Shown here: positions 9,359 through 18,971 of the stretch, one piece after another | Numbering within the stretch: position 1 is the first letter of the stretch | Layout of the letters: every line of letters starts with the position of its first letter | Source of the DNA: a virus | DNA length: 64,000 nt | Reading direction: 5' to 3' (one strand) | IMG/VR virus record: IMGVR_UViG_3300046454_000714 | Coordinates: 1 to 64,000 of that record | The notes under the pieces: generated by a model | The model's input: the letters and a program-made list of their open reading frames with translations, nothing else | What the model was told of the DNA's origin: nothing | Databases searched by the model: none | Position numbers and translations under genes: made by a program

Positions 9359-9425
9359 GATGTGGCCACATCCAGTTGCACAACAGTAGCCAACATTCAT
9401 GTGGCCAAGTGTATGTTGGCTACTG
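9359..9425. promoter_or_regulatory. operator array in divergent promoter region
   Basis: Palindrome GATGTGGCCACATC (9359-9372) and inverted repeat CAGTAGCCAACAT/ATGTTGGCTACTG (9384-9396/9413-9425). Confidence 0.6.
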
Positions 9426-9516
9426 CGAGATGCGCCAGTCGCATCACTCGCCTCCATGAGGGCTGTCCCAGCGCGGCAGTCAGAGCCAGAGACACCCCTC
9501 CCGAGAGAAGAGACAG

Positions 9517-10389
9517 ATGGGTTACCACCTCCGCCGTCAGTTGCGCGAAGCGCTTGGGCCAGGCGTCACGGGCCTTCAGCGTGCCGTGGCTCTGGAGATT
9601 GCGGACGATGCCAACGAGGACACCCGGCGTAGCTGGGTCGCCCTTGAGGACTTGGCGCGCTGGACCGGCGCCAAGGACGCGGTGGTGGTGCGCAACGCGC
9701 TCAAGCGGCTCGCCGCAGCCGGCTGGGAGTTCCGTACCCCGATCGGCAAGGGGAAGGACGGCCGCACCCTTTACGCCGTACCCGGCACCCGGATGACTTT
9801 CGTCGTTCCCCACTTCGAAGAGGTAGTCACCGCTACCTCTAAGGGGGAGCCACCGCTACCCCAAGGGGGAGCAGGGGCTACCCCTTCTAGGGGTGAAGGG
9901 GTAGCAGGGGCACCTTCAGAAGGTGCCGGGGCTCACTCAGAAGGTGCCGGGGCTACCCCCTTCTCCTCATACTCCTCAGCTCCTCAAGAAGAAGTAGTAG
10001 CTACGCAAGAGGTAGCCGTGGCTACCCCTTTGCCTGCGGTCCGCGAGATCACCGCCGACGAGAAGCTTGAGTTCGGCCGCTTCTGGACCTATCACCCGAA
10101 AAGCAAGGACTACGACAAAACCCTTGAGGCCTGGACCGCTGCCGTCCTCGACGGAGCGGACCCCGTCGCCATCTCTGCTGCCGCCCTCGCCTACGCCCGC
10201 GAGATGGCGAGTGAGCCCTTCCAGTACGTCAAGCACTCCGCCAACTGGCTCAAGCAGCGCCGCTACGCGGACAAGCACGCTCCCGAGCCGGACGCCAACG
10301 GCAGGCCCCAACTCCGCGCCGTCTCCGGCGGCTGGCGCCCCTTCCAGAACCCCGAAGACCAAGACGTCTACGACGCACCCCTCATCTAA
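9517..10389 (+). CDS. phage replication initiator (N-terminal HTH, internal iterons)
   Basis: ALEIADDAN..TRRSW wHTH-type start, FGRFWTYHPK and ANWLKQRRY C-terminal motifs, directly upstream of DnaC-like gene. Confidence 0.8.
   Translation: MGYHLRRQLREALGPGVTGLQRAVALEIADDANEDTRRSWVALEDLARWTGAKDAVVVRNALKRLAAAGWEFRTPIGKGKDGRTLYAVPGTRMTFVVPHFEEVVTATSKGEPPLPQGGAGATPSRGEGVAGAPSEGAGAHSEGAGATPFSSYSSAPQEEVVATQEVAVATPLPAVREITADEKLEFGRFWTYHPKSKDYDKTLEAWTAAVLDGADPVAISAAALAYAREMASEPFQYVKHSANWLKQRRYADKHAPEPDANGRPQLRAVSGGWRPFQNPEDQDVYDAPLI
9819..10031. repeat. iteron-like palindromic repeats (putative phage ori)
   Basis: About 7-8 degenerate copies of AAGGGGTAGC-N4-GCTACCCC at roughly 21-bp spacing inside rep. 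Confidence 0.7.
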
Positions 10390-10397
10390 GGAGCCTC

Positions 10398-11183
10398 ATG
10401 TCCGACGAATGGAGTCCACCTAGCCAGCGCCGCCGCGGCCTCGATCTTGCCGCGCTCGGCGTACCACCCGGCCGCTACGTGCACCCGGAGGTGTCCGAGT
10501 TCCTCGACTTCCCCGGAGGTGACCGCGACGGTGCCGCCCGCATCGAGGCCTACCTTCACCGGGAGGCCGGCCTGGATTCCCTACAGACCGCCGAGGTCGA
10601 GTTCGTTCGCCAGCACTTCCTCAAGTGCGCCGAGGAGCAGCGGCAGAAGTGCATCGCCCACTTCGAAACCAAGGTGCCCCGCCGCTACGCCTCCGCCCAG
10701 CCCAACCCGATCGCCCGCGCCTGGGCGCAGTCCATAGTCACCAACCCCGAGGAGACGCGCTCGCTGCTGGTCGTCGGCCCCACCGGCACCGGCAAGACGC
10801 ACTACGCCTACTCGGTACTCCGTGCAATCGCCGAGACGGGCCGGCCTACCGGATGGGACGCACTCACCGCAGCCGACCTGTACGCCGGCCTCCGGCCCCG
10901 CGCCGGTCGGGACAGCGAGGCCACCTTCGAGTCGATCGCCGGCACGGACGTCCTGTTCGTTGACGACCTCGGGGCGGCGAAGCTCTCCGAGTGGACCGAA
11001 GAGGTCACCTACCGGCTGATCAACCACCGGTACGAGCAGTGCCGCCCCAGCATCTTCACCAGCAACGTCCCCCCGACGCAACTGCGTGACGTCCTCGGTG
11101 AGCGCATTGCCTCCCGCCTCACCGAGATGTGCGAGCGGGTCGCACTCAAGGGTGACGACCGCCGGAAGGGGATGGCGGCGTGA
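10398..11183 (+). CDS. DnaC/IstB-like ATPase (helicase loader)
   Basis: GPTGTGKTH, LFVDDLGA, RYEQCRPSIFTSN, GERIASRL, GDDRR. Confidence 0.9.
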   Translation: MSDEWSPPSQRRRGLDLAALGVPPGRYVHPEVSEFLDFPGGDRDGAARIEAYLHREAGLDSLQTAEVEFVRQHFLKCAEEQRQKCIAHFETKVPRRYASAQPNPIARAWAQSIVTNPEETRSLLVVGPTGTGKTHYAYSVLRAIAETGRPTGWDALTAADLYAGLRPRAGRDSEATFESIAGTDVLFVDDLGAAKLSEWTEEVTYRLINHRYEQCRPSIFTSNVPPTQLRDVLGERIASRLTEMCERVALKGDDRRKGMAA

Positions 11184-11518
11184 ATGCTCCCCTGACCTAC
11201 GACGATGTCCGCGGCCTCAAGCAGGACGGCGAGCTCGGCAAGTTCATCAAGTTCCACATGGGTGAAGCCCAGCGTGCCGCCGCCTACCGCCGCGGTCTGG
11301 TGCTGCGCTACCCGGAACTCGCCGCGAAGCTCGCCCAGCCGCCGATCGGCTTCTCGTCGCCCGAAAAGTGGAACGGCTACATCCCGCCGGCGACCGACTG
11401 CACCGGTGCCATGAACACCGCCCGCTGCCGCCCCGCCCTCATCGCGCTCGTTGCGGAAGCCGAACGGCGCCGCGACCAGCCGAAGGAGACCGCGGCGGAA
11501 CTTGAGGAGGCGGCGTGA
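11180..11518 (+). CDS. hypothetical phage protein
   Basis: GTGA coupling, codon bias. Confidence 0.65.
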   Translation: MNAPLTYDDVRGLKQDGELGKFIKFHMGEAQRAAAYRRGLVLRYPELAAKLAQPPIGFSSPEKWNGYIPPATDCTGAMNTARCRPALIALVAEAERRRDQPKETAAELEEAA

Positions 11519-11697
11519 ACGCCAACCGGCCGCCAGCCCAGCGCCTGCGAGAACTCCGCACCTGGGCTCGCACCGCCGCCTGCTGCCCCACCTGCCAGGT
11601 TGCACCAGGAACGCCCTGCCACCGCGGCGGCACAGCCCTCCCGGGCGGAGCCGTCCACGCCCGCCGCTACCAGGAAGCCGAGGTCACCGCCGCATGA
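11515..11697 (+). CDS. small zinc-finger protein
   Basis: CPTC...PGTPC...VHARR. Confidence 0.65.
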   Translation: MNANRPPAQRLRELRTWARTAACCPTCQVAPGTPCHRGGTALPGGAVHARRYQEAEVTAA

Positions 11698-12029
11698 ACG
11701 CCTATGAGCGCCTGATGGCGGAGGCGGTCCCGACCGGCAGCTTCGGTCGCGCCCGGCCCCCCAAGCGGCAGTGCACCGAACCGGCTCCCCGTTGGACGCC
11801 CGCGGAGCAGGCCGCCCACCGCGCCACCCTCGACGCCGCCCTGGACGGCTTCGAACTGGTCGACGACTACGCCAGCAACAAGCGCGACCGCTACCGCGAG
11901 CAGCGCACACACCTGCGGCTAGTCGCCCCCGCCCCGACCCCGCCGCCCGACACGTGCACCTGCGCCAAGTGCGGCGGCAACCCCGCCAGCCGCGTTGAGC
12001 ACCGACCCCAGGAAGGAACCGCCGCATGA
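11694..12029 (+). CDS. hypothetical phage protein
   Basis: ATGA coupling, MNAYERLMAE start. Confidence 0.6.
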   Translation: MNAYERLMAEAVPTGSFGRARPPKRQCTEPAPRWTPAEQAAHRATLDAALDGFELVDDYASNKRDRYREQRTHLRLVAPAPTPPPDTCTCAKCGGNPASRVEHRPQEGTAA

Positions 12030-12517
12030 CCACCTATCGCCCGACCCGAAGCTGCCCCCACCCCCTGTGTCGCCCGCTCCACCTGATCGCCGCCGCAGGG
12101 GCACTCCTTGCCGTCGCCGCCGTCGCCCCGTACAGCCCGTGGATCCTCGGCCTGCTCGCGGTCGGCGCCCTCTTCTCGGTCGGCATTTACCAGCTCGTGC
12201 ACCGCCAGACCATGGTCGCCAGCGTCAAGGAGGAGCTGAACCAGTCGGTCACGATCACGACCCGTCCGGCGTGGGTGCGCGCTGCGGTCGCCATGGACGT
12301 GATCTGGACTGTGCTCGTTCTGGCGACGCTCGCGTCCGTGCTCACCGACCGTTCGGCCTCCGGCCTGGGGGAGCCGAGCCGCCCCGCGCTGCTGGCGGCT
12401 GTGGCGGTCGGCGTCGCCCTCACCGTGACCGCGGAGGGCCTGCACCGGCGGGCGGTGCGTATCCAGCGGGTTCAGCCCGCCACCCCCGCCCCGCACCGCG
12501 ACAGCACCGCCGCCTAG
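12026..12517 (+). CDS. membrane protein (about 4 TM)
   Basis: Four hydrophobic segments, AAGGA RBS. Confidence 0.65.
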   Translation: MTTYRPTRSCPHPLCRPLHLIAAAGALLAVAAVAPYSPWILGLLAVGALFSVGIYQLVHRQTMVASVKEELNQSVTITTRPAWVRAAVAMDVIWTVLVLATLASVLTDRSASGLGEPSRPALLAAVAVGVALTVTAEGLHRRAVRIQRVQPATPAPHRDSTAA

Positions 12518-12539
12518 CCACCCACCGAAGGAGATCCGC

Positions 12540-12950
12540 ATGAGCAGCCCCGCCACCCAACAGCCCGACACCTTCGACCAGTTCGAGCCGCCCGAGGTTC
12601 GCATCGCCCGCTGGGAGGCCGCCGCGCTTGCTGCTGGCCGCGAGGTCGACCGCAATGCCCTGCGTGCCTACATGGCCGTTGCGGATGCCGAGTTGAAGGC
12701 GCTCGCCGACAACTGGGCCCAGTCCGTTGCCAGCTCCGACATGGAGATCCGTCGGCTGAGGGCCCGCATCTGGTGGTTGGAGCGGCCGATGGTCGAGGCG
12801 AAGCGCAACGAGGTCCGCAGCAGCTACACAGCGCTGATTGCGCAGGCCGAGCAGGACCGCGATCCCGAGGGCAAGTTCGACGTCGAGTGCCGGCTGCGTG
12901 AGCGCGAGGAGCAGTGGGCGGCCGAGGACGCCTCCGCCCCGACCCCGTGA
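12540..12950 (+). CDS. hypothetical coiled-coil protein
   Basis: AAGGAG RBS, codon bias. Confidence 0.7.
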   Translation: MSSPATQQPDTFDQFEPPEVRIARWEAAALAAGREVDRNALRAYMAVADAELKALADNWAQSVASSDMEIRRLRARIWWLERPMVEAKRNEVRSSYTALIAQAEQDRDPEGKFDVECRLREREEQWAAEDASAPTP

Positions 12951-13022
12951 ACGCCGCGACCCGGGCGGGGTGTAGCCGCCCGGGTCTGCCCCGAACCCTA
13001 TCCAGCCGCAAGGGAGCACCTG

Positions 13023-13316
13023 ATGCCTGACCGCACCTCCCGTACCCCGCCTCCCCGCCGCCGCCCGTCGACGCGCAAGTACCTGACCGCCGATGCCGAG
13101 CGGATCATCGCCGACTGCTACCCCGGGCAGGTGCTGGCGGCGGTCATCGAGCGGGCGGTGCGTGCGATGGCGGTGCGGGACGGGCTGCTGACGGCGAAGA
13201 CGGGCAAGCCGCGGGCGGCCGCGAAGGCCCCGTCCGCCGCCCCCAGTTCGCCTCTGGCGGCCTCAGGGCCCGTCGAGGCCCCCCGCGCCCTCCCGGACGC
13301 TCCCGACGGCTCCTAG
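13023..13316 (+). CDS. hypothetical protein
   Basis: GGGAG RBS, codon bias. Confidence 0.55.
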   Translation: MPDRTSRTPPPRRRPSTRKYLTADAERIIADCYPGQVLAAVIERAVRAMAVRDGLLTAKTGKPRAAAKAPSAAPSSPLAASGPVEAPRALPDAPDGS

Positions 13317-13376
13317 GGCCGTTTACGGCTTCCGACTCGATCCACCCCCAACCAACCACCGATCAAGGAGCAGGAC

Positions 13377-13673
13377 ATGACCGTCAACCCGAGCATCACC
13401 ACCGACCGAGTCCTCCAGGAAGTCCTCGCCGAGCGCATCCGGCAGGACGGCCTCTGGGGTGAGCAGAACTGGCACGACTTCGAAGGCATCTCGGTCCTCA
13501 CCGAAGAAGTCGGCGAAGCCGCCAAGGCCGCGAACGAGGCCAACTTCAAGTCGGGCAAGACCCCCGGCGACTACAGCCACCTGCGCGAAGAGCTGATTCA
13601 GGTGGCCGCCGTCGCGGTCAACCACGTCGAGATCATCGACCGCCGGACCGCAGCGAAGGCCGAGGCCGCCTGA
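13377..13673 (+). CDS. MazG-like nucleotide pyrophosphohydrolase
   Basis: LTEEVGEAAKA...LREELIQVAAVA. Confidence 0.8.
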   Translation: MTVNPSITTDRVLQEVLAERIRQDGLWGEQNWHDFEGISVLTEEVGEAAKAANEANFKSGKTPGDYSHLREELIQVAAVAVNHVEIIDRRTAAKAEAA

Positions 13674-13766
13674 TGCCGCGCCACATCCGCGCCACCGCCT
13701 GACTCCCGCCCCGCCCCTGGCCGTCGTCTTCCCGGCGGCGGCCGGCCTCACCCGAAGGAGCACCGT

Positions 13767-15416
13767 GTGACCACCGACCCGCAGACCGCCCGCTACCGCC
13801 ACCGCACCACCGAAGTCGAAGCCGTCCAGTGGACCGGCAGCAACGCCGACGTCCTGCGCGCTTTCTGCGGGCCGGACTTCGACGAGATCGCCCCCGAGGA
13901 CCGCACCGAGAACCCGGACGCTTCCGCCGCCGTGCGGGAGTCGAAGCACGGCACTTGGCGCGGCCTGGAGCCGGGCTACTGGGTGGTGAAGATCGGCGAG
14001 GAGTTCTACGAGGAGTCGCCCGCCGACTTCGCCGCACAGTTCGAGCCCGTCCCGGCGCCCGCCGCCGACCGGGCCGTAGGCGTGGCCGACGCGATCCGCA
14101 CCTTCCCGTTCGACAACTTCGGCATGGACGACGTGTCGTTCGCCCTCGAAGACGACCCCGAGGCGCAGGAGTGGGTGCCTGCGCTCGCCGATGCGGTCCT
14201 TGCCACGCTGCCCGCGACCACCGCGCAGGCAGTCGAGTTGCGGGACTACTGGCATGCGGAGGCGATGAGCGCGACCACCCGCATCATCGAACTGGAAGGC
14301 CAGCTGGAGGAGTCGCGCCGCGCTGCTGCCGAGCCCGCCGCCGACCGGCCCGCCGGGGAGGCGTACCGCCTCGCCGTCTCGGCTGCGCTCCGTCTCGGCA
14401 CGGGGGCTACCTGGGAGGCGATCCGCGACCGGGCCGAAGACCTGACGGCCGAGGTCGCGGAACTGACCGAAGCTCGGCGCCGAGTCCTCGACCGGCCCGC
14501 CGACGAACTACCCGCCACGCCGGATGCAGGCTTCGTGCTGTGGCTGGACGCGTCGGACGGATCAGTTCCCACACACGACGGCATCCGCTGGCCCGACGGC
14601 ACCGCCACGCTGCACCACCGCCACTTCGGGTACACGACCACGCACCCGGACCCCGAGGCTGCCCGGCAGTCGGCGCACGGCAAGCAGGGGCGCCTCGCCT
14701 GGCCCGCGCCCGCCGCCGCGTCTGTCGGGCAGGCAGCACACACCACACGAAGCGCTGGGTGGCGTGCCGTCGTCAGCCCCCGCACCCTGCACGCAATCGC
14801 CGTACACCTGGACGCCCGCGCAGTTTCGATCCTGCGGCCGGAGAGCGACGTGTACGCCGAGTGGCAGGCCGTCGCCGCCGAGCTGCGTCGCATGGCCGAC
14901 GAGACGCAGCAGCAGACCGAGACGCCGTGCGGGCCCGCACCCGACCAGTGCGACCCGGAGACGGGCGAGCCGTGCGACGTCCACGAGGTCGAGCGAGCCC
15001 ACGCCGAAGGCGATCACGAGCACTGCGGCAAGGAGTGCGAGGTCGCGATGCCGTCCGAGCAGCTCCGTAACGCGATCCTCTGCCGCGCCATCCCCGGGTC
15101 GGCCGGGATGCTCGACGAGTTGCTGCGCCGGGCCGCCGTTGTCCCGGCTGGGGCTGGCGAGGACCCGGCACACGAGACGCGCGAGGCCGAGGCGCACCCG
15201 CCGACCCGCACGTGGAAGGTCGAGTCCCCCCGCCGCGACAAATGGGCCAGCTGGGGCGCCACGCACGACGAACGCGTCTGGGCTGCCGCGAGCTACGACG
15301 ACGTCATCGAGATTGCACCCCAGCGTCCGTTCCGCCTCGTCCGCGCCACCACCACCTACGCCGTCGAGGCCGAACACCAGCCCGCCGCCGTGTCCCAGCC
15401 CGGCAAGGAGCACTGA
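13767..15416 (+). CDS. mosaic multi-domain hypothetical phage protein
   Basis: AAGGAG RBS; RYRHR..EVEAVQWTG N-domain plus several short modules. Confidence 0.75.
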   Translation: MTTDPQTARYRHRTTEVEAVQWTGSNADVLRAFCGPDFDEIAPEDRTENPDASAAVRESKHGTWRGLEPGYWVVKIGEEFYEESPADFAAQFEPVPAPAADRAVGVADAIRTFPFDNFGMDDVSFALEDDPEAQEWVPALADAVLATLPATTAQAVELRDYWHAEAMSATTRIIELEGQLEESRRAAAEPAADRPAGEAYRLAVSAALRLGTGATWEAIRDRAEDLTAEVAELTEARRRVLDRPADELPATPDAGFVLWLDASDGSVPTHDGIRWPDGTATLHHRHFGYTTTHPDPEAARQSAHGKQGRLAWPAPAAASVGQAAHTTRSAGWRAVVSPRTLHAIAVHLDARAVSILRPESDVYAEWQAVAAELRRMADETQQQTETPCGPAPDQCDPETGEPCDVHEVERAHAEGDHEHCGKECEVAMPSEQLRNAILCRAIPGSAGMLDELLRRAAVVPAGAGEDPAHETREAEAHPPTRTWKVESPRRDKWASWGATHDERVWAAASYDDVIEIAPQRPFRLVRATTTYAVEAEHQPAAVSQPGKEH

Positions 15417-15417
15417 C

Positions 15418-15645
15418 ATGGCCTGGGCCCACGACCAGCGGAAGCATCCACTCGACGTCGAGTGGATGCTCCAGATCCAGCACAAGCCCGGCGACTGGTG
15501 GCACGACCACACCCGCAACCTCTACTCGCGCCAGAAGGCCTACGCGTTCATGGCCGAGCGGCAGGCCGCCAACCCGACATGCAAGTACCGGCTCATCCGG
15601 ATGACGACCACCTACAAGATCGAACCTAAGACGGTGCGCCCGTGA
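15418..15645 (+). CDS. hypothetical protein
   Basis: AAGGAG RBS; resembles C-terminal module of the upstream gene. Confidence 0.65.
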   Translation: MAWAHDQRKHPLDVEWMLQIQHKPGDWWHDHTRNLYSRQKAYAFMAERQAANPTCKYRLIRMTTTYKIEPKTVRP

Positions 15646-15926
15646 CCGGCGTCGCCGCCTACGTCGCCCTTGTGTTCGTGCTGCCTGCGCTCGCCCTGGG
15701 CCACCACATGGAGGACTTTCCGCCGCTGCTGTGGTGGCGGTGGGCGCGGGCAGCGCGGGGCCGTGGGGGCTGCTGTGCGCCCGCTGGAGCGCTTCAGGGG
15801 GCGTTTCGGCTCCCGGGCGACCTCCGGGCGGCTCCTGGGCCCGCAGAGACGCCCACAGGGCGTCCAGGGCCGAGCTGGGCGCGCGGCGACACCGACCACC
15901 GAACCGACATTGGAGAAGCCGCATGA
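15642..15926 (+). CDS. hypothetical membrane-anchored protein
   Basis: Coupled at both ends. Confidence 0.45.
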   Translation: MTGVAAYVALVFVLPALALGHHMEDFPPLLWWRWARAARGRGGCCAPAGALQGAFRLPGDLRAAPGPAETPTGRPGPSWARGDTDHRTDIGEAA

Positions 15927-16513
15927 CGATCGCAGTCGACTTTGATGGAGTGATCCACGCCTACAGCAAGGGCTGGCAGGACGGCAGCATCTACGACAAG
16001 CCGCTCCCCGACGCGCTCGCCGCTCTCGAACTCCTCATGGAGCGCGACGCCGTGTTCATCCACACCACCCGCAACCCGCGTCAGGTCGCCCGCTGGATCG
16101 AGCGCGAATCCTGGCACGACATCGACTGCACCACCCACCTACCGCGCACCTGGTACGGCCGCCGTAAGCCGTTCTGGAACACGCGCGGCCTGCTACTGGT
16201 CACCAACTGGAAGCTCGCCGCCAACGTCTACATCGATGACCGGGCGCACCGCTTCGAGGCGTGGCCCAAGACCATGGTCGCCCTCGGCGAACCCGCCGAA
16301 CTCTGGCCCGGCCCCCAGGCCGACGTGTGCGACGTCGTATCGGTCGGTGGGGACCGGTGCACCCGCGACGCAGACCACCGGCAGCACTCCTTCGAGATCG
16401 GCGACCCGGTACGCGAGGCCATCCGGCAGGCGCGCGGCGACGACTGGGCGCCACAGACACCGATCACATTCGGGCCGTGCAACGACGAGTTGGACGGCGG
16501 TGAGCAGCGATGA
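15923..16513 (+). CDS. HAD-superfamily hydrolase
   Basis: TIAVDFDGVIH, IHTTR, K.AANVYIDDRA. Confidence 0.85.
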   Translation: MTIAVDFDGVIHAYSKGWQDGSIYDKPLPDALAALELLMERDAVFIHTTRNPRQVARWIERESWHDIDCTTHLPRTWYGRRKPFWNTRGLLLVTNWKLAANVYIDDRAHRFEAWPKTMVALGEPAELWPGPQADVCDVVSVGGDRCTRDADHRQHSFEIGDPVREAIRQARGDDWAPQTPITFGPCNDELDGGEQR

Positions 16514-16992
16514 TCGCCACCGTCATCCTCCTCGCCGGAGGCCGCGAACTCACCGAACCCGGTGTCGTGCCCGGCGCCCTCGCCGACATCGCCTTCAACA
16601 TCGCCGACGGTCCGATCATCGTCCGCCACGGCGCCTGTCCCGGCGAGAACTCCGCCGACCAAGCCGCATCCGACTGGATCAACGAGGTCGGCCACCGGCA
16701 CGGCGTCACCGAAGACCCCATGCCCGCCGACTGGGACCTCTGCGCGCCCAACTGCCCGACCGACCCGGGGCATCGGCGGCGGAAGAAGCCCGGCGACACC
16801 GCACACCCCGGCCTCCTCGACGACTACTGCCCCGGCGCCGGACCCCGCCGCAACGCCGCCATGGTCGCCAAGCTGCCGCGACCCGAGTGGATGGTCGCCT
16901 TCCCGGAGCCCGGCCAGCCCAACTACGGCACCAACGGCTGCATCCGCCTCGCCCAACAAGCGGGCATCACCGTCCGGAGGATCACCACCTGA
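16510..16992 (+). CDS. SLOG/YspA-like (DUF2493) protein
   Basis: LLAGGR, IVRHGAC, ADQAA, AGPRRNAAMV, AFP....GT..CI..A..AGI. Confidence 0.75.
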   Translation: MIATVILLAGGRELTEPGVVPGALADIAFNIADGPIIVRHGACPGENSADQAASDWINEVGHRHGVTEDPMPADWDLCAPNCPTDPGHRRRKKPGDTAHPGLLDDYCPGAGPRRNAAMVAKLPRPEWMVAFPEPGQPNYGTNGCIRLAQQAGITVRRITT

Positions 16993-17324
16993 TGCCGCCC
17001 CGCCTAGCCCAAGACCTCCCCGTCTCCCGCATCGTCGGCGCCCACATCCACGCCCTCCGCACCGCACGCGGCTGGCCCCTCCGCGAAGTCGCGCGACAGA
17101 CCGCGGCAGCAGGGAAGCCGATCGGCTACAGCACCATCGGCCGCATCGAAAACGGCCGCGACCAGCACGAGCCAGCCGTCGCCGTCATCGTCGACGACCT
17201 CGTCGCACTCGCCGCCGTCTTCGGACTCCGACCCGAACAACTCCTCACCGCACCCGACTGCTTCGTTTGCATGGACAACCCGCCGCCCGGGTTCGCCTGC
17301 CGCACCTGCCAAGCCGAAGCGTGA
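16992..17324 (+). CDS. XRE-family HTH regulator
   Basis: LRTARGWPLREVA...YSTIGRIENG. Confidence 0.8.
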   Translation: MPPRLAQDLPVSRIVGAHIHALRTARGWPLREVARQTAAAGKPIGYSTIGRIENGRDQHEPAVAVIVDDLVALAAVFGLRPEQLLTAPDCFVCMDNPPPGFACRTCQAEA

Positions 17325-17373
17325 CCGCCGTCCTCCCGCCCGCCTGCACGACCACACACCACCGGAGACACAC

Positions 17374-17913
17374 ATGACCGCCGCACCCCGCCACTTCCAA
17401 CTCCACCGCGACGCCGACGTCTCAGGCGTCAGCGGCCTCGGCCACGTCGCCGACGGCGTCATCTTCAGCGACGGACACGCCGCCGTCCACTGGCTCGGCC
17501 GCTGGCCCACCACCACCCCGCACCCCGACGGCATCGTCTCCGTCAAGGGCGTCCACGGCCACGGCGGCGCCACCCGCATCGTCCTGCTCGACAGCCCCGA
17601 AGCACGGCTCGCCCGCATTGCCGAAGCCCACAGCGAGCACCTCGGCGACGGCGGCTTCACCTTCGGCGACTGCAACGAATGCGGCCACGTCTGGCCGTGC
17701 CCGACCTACGCATGGGCCACCGCCGAGCGCGACCCGCTCGCCACCTGGGACCCCGCCGACGACGAACCGCAGCTCGAACCGTGCACCGCCTGCCTCCTAC
17801 CGAAAGGCGACGCGCCCGTCGAACGCTGCATCGTCGAAGGCCCGCACGACACGCACGTCACCGCGATGGGGCGGCGTTGGACCGATGCGCACCTGACCAG
17901 CGACCAGCCGTGA
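17374..17913 (+). CDS. hypothetical phage protein
   Basis: GGAG RBS; DVSGVSG.G.VADGV.FSDG motif. Confidence 0.75.
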   Translation: MTAAPRHFQLHRDADVSGVSGLGHVADGVIFSDGHAAVHWLGRWPTTTPHPDGIVSVKGVHGHGGATRIVLLDSPEARLARIAEAHSEHLGDGGFTFGDCNECGHVWPCPTYAWATAERDPLATWDPADDEPQLEPCTACLLPKGDAPVERCIVEGPHDTHVTAMGRRWTDAHLTSDQP

Positions 17914-18080
17914 CCGGCCCGTCCAACCCCCGCCGCGAACACGCCGGCAAGCGAGGCCGCAACTGGGAGACCGTCATCGTCCGCCCCAGCGAAACCGTGG
18001 TCGAAGACGACGATGAGGAACTCGCCCCACCACCGCTCGCCAACCGGGAGACACGACGCGCAGCACGGAGGAAGACATGA
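17910..18080 (+). CDS. small hypothetical protein
   Basis: Coupled at both ends. Confidence 0.5.
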   Translation: MTGPSNPRREHAGKRGRNWETVIVRPSETVVEDDDEELAPPPLANRETRRAARRKT

Positions 18081-18331
18081 CCGAGCAACCCGCATCCACA
18101 GCACCGCCCGTCGAGCAGCGGCTGGCCACACTCCGGGCCGCCTGCATCAGCCTCACCGCCCGCGGCTTCGACAGCCTGTCCGCGACCTGGGTCCTCCAAC
18201 TCCTCGACGGCCCGACCGAAGCAGCCGCCACCCGCGCCACCCCGTGCCCGGCCTGCTCGCGCGCCGACCAGGCCGGACTTGCACCCGCCGAACAGCACCC
18301 CGCCTGCGTCGATGAGGAGCACGGCCCATGA
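18077..18331 (+). CDS. hypothetical protein
   Basis: GGAGG RBS, coupling. Confidence 0.6.
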   Translation: MTEQPASTAPPVEQRLATLRAACISLTARGFDSLSATWVLQLLDGPTEAAATRATPCPACSRADQAGLAPAEQHPACVDEEHGP

Positions 18332-18696
18332 CCTTCCCACCCGTCCCCGTCGACACCCACCGGTGGGACGGCACCCGCAACCTCCCCGCCTGGCTCGACC
18401 GGCACCATCACTGGGACGGCCCCCGGCTCGTCATCCACACCCTCGACGGTGATGCCCGCCCCCAGCCTGGGTGGACGTTCATTCACTGGTCGGACGATGC
18501 TGTCGCCGTCTGCACACCGCGGATCGCCGACCGCGAGTACGGGCCCGACGGGCCGTGGGTGCGGGCGGAGCGCGCCGAGGCCGTCATCGGCCGGGTGCAG
18601 GACGCGGCAGCCCTCCACCGGCAGCGGCCGTTCAGCACCGCAGAGCTGTATGCCGTGATCGAAGGCGCCCTCGCCGCACCTCAGGAGACCCCGTGA
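18328..18696 (+). CDS. hypothetical protein
   Basis: GAGGAG RBS, coupling. Confidence 0.65.
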   Translation: MTFPPVPVDTHRWDGTRNLPAWLDRHHHWDGPRLVIHTLDGDARPQPGWTFIHWSDDAVAVCTPRIADREYGPDGPWVRAERAEAVIGRVQDAAALHRQRPFSTAELYAVIEGALAAPQETP

Positions 18697-18971
18697 CCTA
18701 CATCGACACCGCCCGCACCGCCCTCGAAGCCCGATGCCCCGGCCAGGACCCCGCCATCCTCGACCTGTACCTGCTCCTCGCCCTGATCAAAGGCGCCGAG
18801 GTGACACTCCGGGATGTTCACGACGCGTGGGCTGTGTGGCGGTCACGGAGCCGGCCCGGCCACCCGTTGATCGTTCCCTTCGAGCAGCTCACCCCAGACG
18901 TACAAGACCTTGACCGGCCCTTCGCCGACGCCATCGCATCCGCCGCACCCGACGAGGAGTACGCACGATGA
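18693..18971 (+). CDS. hypothetical protein
   Basis: AGGAG RBS; LYLLLAL.KG...DVHDAW motif. Confidence 0.7.
   Translation: MTYIDTARTALEARCPGQDPAILDLYLLLALIKGAEVTLRDVHDAWAVWRSRSRPGHPLIVPFEQLTPDVQDLDRPFADAIASAAPDEEYAR

Noticed and set aside
10398-11183. IS21 IstB transposition helper
   Set aside because: No IstA transposase or terminal repeats; context is Rep plus loader
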